Virus record (IMG/VR): IMGVR_UViG_2737471827_000003
Location: 1-20,580 of that record
Reading direction: 5' to 3' (one strand)
Source of the DNA: a virus
Lineage: Duplodnaviria > Heunggongvirae > Uroviricota > Caudoviricetes
DNA: 20,580 nt
The translations under genes were made by a program, and so were the position numbers. Positions 15,889 through 20,580 of this stretch are shown in pieces. Numbering within the stretch: the first letter of the stretch is position 1; each line of letters begins with the position of its first letter. The notes beneath the pieces are model-generated. The model was not told where the DNA came from, did not search any database, and saw nothing but the letters and a program-made list of their open reading frames with translations.

Positions 15889-18800
15889 ATGGCGACATTA
15901 CGTGAACTGATTATTAAAATTTCGGCAAATTCCCGGTCATTCCAGTCAGAGATCGCCCGGGCTTCACGTATGGGGCAGGATTACTACCGCACCATGCAGA
16001 ACGGAGGCCGACAGTCTGCTGCTGCATCCCGTGAAATGCGGCGGGCGCTGGCAGAAGTGACGGATCAGATAAATACGGCTAAATCTTCGGCGCTGAGTAT
16101 GGCGGGAGCATTTGCCGGGGTTTTTGCCACCGGGCATCTGATTTCCCTTGCCGATGAGTGGAATTCAGTCAATGCCCGTCTGAAACAGGCGACACAATCC
16201 AGTGATGATTTTCAGGCATCACAGCGTGAATTAATGGCAATCAGCCAGAGAACGGGGACGGCGTTTTCTGATAACGCCAGCCTTTTTGCCCGCTCTGCAG
16301 CTTCCATGCGGGAGTATGGCTACAGTTCTGAGGAGGTCCTGAAAGTCACTGAGGCGATTTCCACGGGGCTGAAATTATCCGGTGCCAGTACAGCAGAAGC
16401 CAGTTCGGTGATCACACAGTTCAGCCAGGCACTGGCGCAGGGAGTACTGCGTGGTGAAGAGTTTAACGCTGTGAATGAGAACGGCGATCGCGTTATTCGT
16501 GCGCTGGCTGCGGGAATGGGTGTTGCCCGTAAGGATCTGAAGGCCATGGCGGATGACGGCAAACTGACTGCTGATAAGGTCGTTCCTGCACTGATTAGCC
16601 AGCTTGGGGCGTTGCGTGATGAATATGCAGCAATGCCTGATACGGTTTCATCCTCTGCAACCAAAGTTGAAAACGCCTTTATGGCCTGGGTTGGTGGTGC
16701 GAACGAGGCAGGCGGTGTAACGAAGACGCTCTCCGGGGTGCTGAATGGTGTTGCAGGCAATATTGATACTGTGGCAACTGCCGCCGGTGCTCTGGTTGCC
16801 GTCGGGGTAGCCCGATATTTTGGCAATATGGCGTCTTCTGCTGTCTCTGCAACAGCCGGGTTAATTACTGCGGCCAGAAACGAAGTGTCTCTTGCTGAAG
16901 CGCAACTCCGGGGGACACAGATAGCAACCGCCAGGGCGCGTGCGGCGGTATATCGTGCGCAACAGGCGGTTGTGGCTGCCAGAGGAACAGAACAACAGGT
17001 TGCAGCGGAAGCTAAACTGGCAGGCGCTCAGGCATCACTTACCCGTAATATTGCGGCCAGAACAGCAGCACAGACAACGCTGAATACTGTCACGTCAGTG
17101 GGGAGTCGTCTGTTAAGTGGAGCACTGGGACTGGTTGGGGGTGTGCCGGGGCTTGTCATGCTGGGGGCTGCGGCCTGGTACACGATGTATCAGAATCAGG
17201 AGCAGGCCAGAGAGTCTGCACGCCAGTATGCCGCAACAATCGACGAAATTCGCCAGAAAACGTCGGCAATGTCGCTTCCTGAAGCGTCAGATAATGAAGA
17301 AAAGACGCGGCAGGCACTGGAGGAACAGAACAGGTTAATTGACGGACAGATAAGCAGGGTTAAAGCCTTACAGGAAAAAATTGCTGGCTATCAGTATGTG
17401 CTGGCAAATCCTGGCTGGACAACCGATAACGGTTTTATGATTAACCATCTGACGTCGGTAAAAACTGTTACAGAGGAGCTTGCGGAAGCAACAAATCAAC
17501 TGGCAGTTGAACAGTCCCGTCTCACACAAATGCAGGGCAAAGCACAATCCATTCAGGATGTACTTGCCGGGCTGGAAGAGCGACGGGTGGCGTTGATCCG
17601 CCAACAGGCGGCAGAACAAAACAAAGCGTATCAGTCCCTGTTGATCATGAACGGTCAGTATACTGAGTTTAACCGTCTTCTTGGTCTGGGGAATGAATTA
17701 CTTCAGCAGCGACAGGGGCTGGTGAATGTACCGTTACGTCTGCCACAGGCAACCCTGGATGATAAACAGCAGGACGCACTGAAAAAAAGCCAGCAGGCGC
17801 TGGAGTTGTCCCGTCTCAAAGGCGAGGCCAGAGAACGCGTGCGTCTCGGATATGCTGCTGATGATCTTGGCTTTGTCGGCGACAAATATCAGACTGCACG
17901 CCAGGAATTCATCAGTACAGGGATGGAGACCTGGCGCAATAATGAGGCGAATAAGCCGAAGAGAAAAGGGCCAAAATCGGAAGCTGAAAAAGCAGAAGAT
18001 GTTTACAACAGGCTGATTAAACAGCAGAAAGAACAGATTGCACTGGCAGGACAGAATACCGAACTGGCGAAAATGAAATACCAGGTCAGCCAGGGTGAGC
18101 TGACCACCCTTTCGTCTGCACAGAAGCAACTTTTGCTACAGAATGCGGCGCTGATTGACCAGAAAAAGATTCGTGAGCAGCTTGCTGCGTATGAGAGCAG
18201 TCTGGCGGACAGTAATGCCAGTGCCCGGGCATCTGACGAAGCGCAGTTGTTGGGATATGGTGAAGGCTCACGGATGCGTGAACGACTCCAGGAAATGTGG
18301 AGTATCCGGCAGGCGTTTGAGCAGAAAAATAACGAGCTGCTGAGACAGTATCAGGCCGGAGAAATTGAAGAAGCCCTGTGGAAACAGGAGAAAGAACTGA
18401 ATAAAAAATATCTGGAAGAGCGTCTCAGCGATCAGCAGAATTATTATGCAAAGGCCGATGCTTTACGTAATAACTGGAATGCCGGACTCCAGGAGGGACT
18501 GACCAACTGGGCAGACAGTGCCACCGATTATGCTTCACAGGCGGCAGATGCTGTCGTTTCCACGATGGACGGGCTGGTATCAAATATTTCCGATGCACTG
18601 GCCGGGAATGTTGTGGACTGGAGGAACTGGGGGAGTTCAGTTCTCCGGGAAGTTTCAAAAATTCTGATGAATGCAGCCATTGTTAACGGACTGAAATCAC
18701 TCTCCGGTGCCGGAGGGTGGCTTGGTACGGTCGGCGGATGGATTTCGGGGGCAGTGGCAAACGCAAAAGGTGGTGTTTACACATCGGCAAATCTGAGTGC

Positions 18801-19119
18801 TTACAGTAACACTATTGTGGATACACCGACGTATTTTGCTTTTGCGAAAGGTGCCGGGTTGATGGGCGAGGCCGGGCCTGAAGCAATCATGCCACTGACA
18901 CGGGCAGCGGACGGCTCTCTTGGGGTCAGGGCCATTGGAAATGTGAATGGTGGCGGTGGATTTGTTTATTCTCCCGTGTATCACATCAGCATTCAGAATC
19001 AAGGGAGCAATGGCGAGATAGATGCGCGCTCAGCCAGGGGACTGGTGGATCTGATCGACAGCAGGGTTGTGTCAATTATGCAGTCATCGCGTCGGGATGG
19101 AGGATTGTACAGTGCCTGA
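15889..19119 (+). CDS. Tail tape measure protein (lambda H-like)
   Basis: About 1077 aa from ATG 15889 (GGAG at 15878-15881); long Ala/Gln-rich coiled-coil protein; C-terminus resembles lambda gpH. Confidence 0.85.
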   Translation: MATLRELIIKISANSRSFQSEIARASRMGQDYYRTMQNGGRQSAAASREMRRALAEVTDQINTAKSSALSMAGAFAGVFATGHLISLADEWNSVNARLKQATQSSDDFQASQRELMAISQRTGTAFSDNASLFARSAASMREYGYSSEEVLKVTEAISTGLKLSGASTAEASSVITQFSQALAQGVLRGEEFNAVNENGDRVIRALAAGMGVARKDLKAMADDGKLTADKVVPALISQLGALRDEYAAMPDTVSSSATKVENAFMAWVGGANEAGGVTKTLSGVLNGVAGNIDTVATAAGALVAVGVARYFGNMASSAVSATAGLITAARNEVSLAEAQLRGTQIATARARAAVYRAQQAVVAARGTEQQVAAEAKLAGAQASLTRNIAARTAAQTTLNTVTSVGSRLLSGALGLVGGVPGLVMLGAAAWYTMYQNQEQARESARQYAATIDEIRQKTSAMSLPEASDNEEKTRQALEEQNRLIDGQISRVKALQEKIAGYQYVLANPGWTTDNGFMINHLTSVKTVTEELAEATNQLAVEQSRLTQMQGKAQSIQDVLAGLEERRVALIRQQAAEQNKAYQSLLIMNGQYTEFNRLLGLGNELLQQRQGLVNVPLRLPQATLDDKQQDALKKSQQALELSRLKGEARERVRLGYAADDLGFVGDKYQTARQEFISTGMETWRNNEANKPKRKGPKSEAEKAEDVYNRLIKQQKEQIALAGQNTELAKMKYQVSQGELTTLSSAQKQLLLQNAALIDQKKIREQLAAYESSLADSNASARASDEAQLLGYGEGSRMRERLQEMWSIRQAFEQKNNELLRQYQAGEIEEALWKQEKELNKKYLEERLSDQQNYYAKADALRNNWNAGLQEGLTNWADSATDYASQAADAVVSTMDGLVSNISDALAGNVVDWRNWGSSVLREVSKILMNAAIVNGLKSLSGAGGWLGTVGGWISGAVANAKGGVYTSANLSAYSNTIVDTPTYFAFAKGAGLMGEAGPEAIMPLTRAADGSLGVRAIGNVNGGGGFVYSPVYHISIQNQGSNGEIDARSARGLVDLIDSRVVSIMQSSRRDGGLYSA

Positions 19120-19453
19120 GCCTGAAGTTTTTAACTGGATCCCCCGTGAGGGGATGGAGACGACACGAAAGCCATCAGTTATTACGGTAAAGTTTGGTGA
19201 CGGATATGAACAGCGACGGGCTGGTGGTCTGAATGCGGATCTGAAAACGTTTAAACCGGTATTTCGTGTCACAGATGAATATTCCCGTGCCGCGCTGGAC
19301 AGTTTTTTATCCCGTCATGCCGGGATTCGTGCTTTTTTGTGGCGTCCGCCAAAACACAACAGGACTGTCCGGGTTGTCTGCAGGGAGTGGAGCATTTCGG
19401 ATAATGCCATGTATACCGATTTTAACTGTACCTTTGAAGAGGTCACTCACTGA
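19112..19453 (+). CDS. M: Minor tail protein M
   Basis: Contains FGDGYEQRRAGGLNADLKT and FLWRPP motifs closely paralleling lambda gpM (FGDGYSQRAPAGLNANLKT, FLWTPP). GTG 19112 is preceded by GGAGG at 19099-19103; an ATG at 19097 is the alternative start. Confidence 0.8.
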   Translation: MPEPEVFNWIPREGMETTRKPSVITVKFGDGYEQRRAGGLNADLKTFKPVFRVTDEYSRAALDSFLSRHAGIRAFLWRPPKHNRTVRVVCREWSISDNAMYTDFNCTFEEVTH

Positions 19454-20151
19454 TGCAGGATATACAGCAGGAAACACTCAATGAGTGCACTAAAACGGAG
19501 CAATCCGCGCTGGTCGTGCTCTGGGAAATCGACCTGACAGAGGTCAGTGGAGAACGTTATTTTTTCTGTAATGAGCAGAACGAAAAAGGTGAACCGGTCA
19601 CCTGGCAGGGGCGGCAGTATCAGGCATACCCCATTCAGGGGAGCGGTTTTGAACTGAATGGCAAAGGGGCCAGCGCCAGACCAGTGCTGAGCGTGTCCAA
19701 TCTGTATGGTCTGGTCACCGGGATGGTGGAGGATTTGCAGAGTCTGGTTGGCGGAACGGTGGTCCGACGTAAGGTTTACGCCCGTTTTCTGGATGCGGTG
19801 AACTTCGTCAACGGAAACAGTGACGCCGACCCGGAGCAGGAGGTGGTCAGCCGCTGGCGCATCGAGCAGTGTAGCGAACTGACGGCGGTTGGTGCCTCCT
19901 TTGTGCTGGCCACACCGACGGAAACGGATGGTGCTGTTTTTCCGGGGCGCATCATGCCGGCCAACACCTGCACCTGGACCTATCGCGGTGATGAGTGCGG
20001 TTATCATGGTCCGGCTGTCGCGGATGAATATGACCAGCCGACGTCCGATATCACGAAGGATAAATGCAGCAAATGCCTGAGCGGCTGTAAGTTCCGCAAT
20101 AACGTCGGCAACTTTGGCGGCTTCCTTTCCATTAACAAACTTTCGCAGTGA
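19453..20151 (+). CDS. L: Minor tail protein L
   Basis: 232 aa, near-identical over most of its length to lambda gpL as recalled (MQDIRQETLNECT...CSKCLSGCKFRNNVGNFGGFLSINKLSQ). Confidence 0.9.
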   Translation: MQDIQQETLNECTKTEQSALVVLWEIDLTEVSGERYFFCNEQNEKGEPVTWQGRQYQAYPIQGSGFELNGKGASARPVLSVSNLYGLVTGMVEDLQSLVGGTVVRRKVYARFLDAVNFVNGNSDADPEQEVVSRWRIEQCSELTAVGASFVLATPTETDGAVFPGRIMPANTCTWTYRGDECGYHGPAVADEYDQPTSDITKDKCSKCLSGCKFRNNVGNFGGFLSINKLSQ

Positions 20152-20156
20152 ATCCC

Positions 20157-20580
20157 ATGACAGAGACAGAATCAGCGATTCTGGCGCACGCCCGGCGATG
20201 TGCGCCAGCGGAGTCGTGCGGCTTCGTGGTGAGAACGCCGGAGGGGGAAAGATATTTTCCCTGCGTGAATATCTCCGGTGAGCCGGAGGATTATTTCCGG
20301 ATGGCTCCGGAGGACTGGCTGCAGGCAGAAATGCAGGGTGAGATTGTGGCGCTGGTCCACAGCCACCCCGGTGCTCTGCCCTGGCTGAGTGAGGCCGACC
20401 GGCGGCTGCAGGTGCAGAGTGGTCTGCCGTGGTGGCTTGTCTGCCGGGGGGCGATTCACAAGTTCCGCTGTGTGCCGCATCTTACCGGGCGGCGCTTTGA
20501 GCACGGGGTGACGGACTGTTATGCGCTGTTCCGGGATGCGTACCATCTGGCGGGGATTGCGCTGCCTGATTTTCATCGTG
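20157..20580 (+). CDS. K: Tail assembly protein K (JAMM/MPN plus NlpC/P60 type), 3'-partial at the window edge
   Basis: Translation MTETESAILAHARRCAPAESCGFVV...HSHPGALPWLSEADRR... closely matches lambda gpK, including the JAMM motif HxHx7Sx2D; the ORF runs off the window. Confidence 0.85.
   Translation, partial: MTETESAILAHARRCAPAESCGFVVRTPEGERYFPCVNISGEPEDYFRMAPEDWLQAEMQGEIVALVHSHPGALPWLSEADRRLQVQSGLPWWLVCRGAIHKFRCVPHLTGRRFEHGVTDCYALFRDAYHLAGIALPDFHR

Noticed and set aside
16320-16826. 168-aa minus-strand ORF inside the tape measure gene
   Set aside because: Ala/Pro/Ser/Thr-rich antisense shadow of the Ala/Gln-rich tape measure coding strand.
19447-20007. 186-aa minus-strand ORF overlapping the L gene
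   Set aside because: Antisense to a gene with near-lambda identity; no independent support.
20172-20576. 134-aa minus-strand ORF overlapping the K gene
   Set aside because: Antisense to the gpK-like CDS with its conserved JAMM motif; shadow ORF.

Overview
This window is the late region of a lambdoid (E. coli/Shigella-type) prophage, read left to right on the + strand. It opens with the end of the nin region: a 5'-truncated DUF968-like gene, rusA and a Q-like antiterminator, followed by a PR'-like promoter and tR'-like terminator. An intact IS66-family element (three minus-strand ORFs, imperfect terminal inverted repeats, perfect 8-bp target duplication GGTGGAGG) sits immediately downstream of tR'. 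Next come four tightly packed tRNA genes, then about 300 bp of structured non-coding DNA at the position where Stx phages carry stxAB (no stx here). The lysis cassette follows: an S21-like pinholin with dual start, a frameshift-disrupted ORF, a SAR-type endolysin, and Rz with nested Rz1. The rest is an HK97-like head module (HNH endonuclease, probable cos, small and large terminase, portal, prohead protease, major capsid protein, connector proteins) joined to a lambda-like tail module (V-like major tail protein with Ig-like domain, G/GT chaperone with an A9 slippery site, tape measure, M, L, and the 5' part of K). I did not find a clearly novel multi-gene system; the most unusual loci are the IS66 insertion into the late leader, the tRNA cluster, the structured non-coding segment and the frameshifted ORF inside the lysis cassette. 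All calls rest on reading the translations and sequence by eye; no database search was run.
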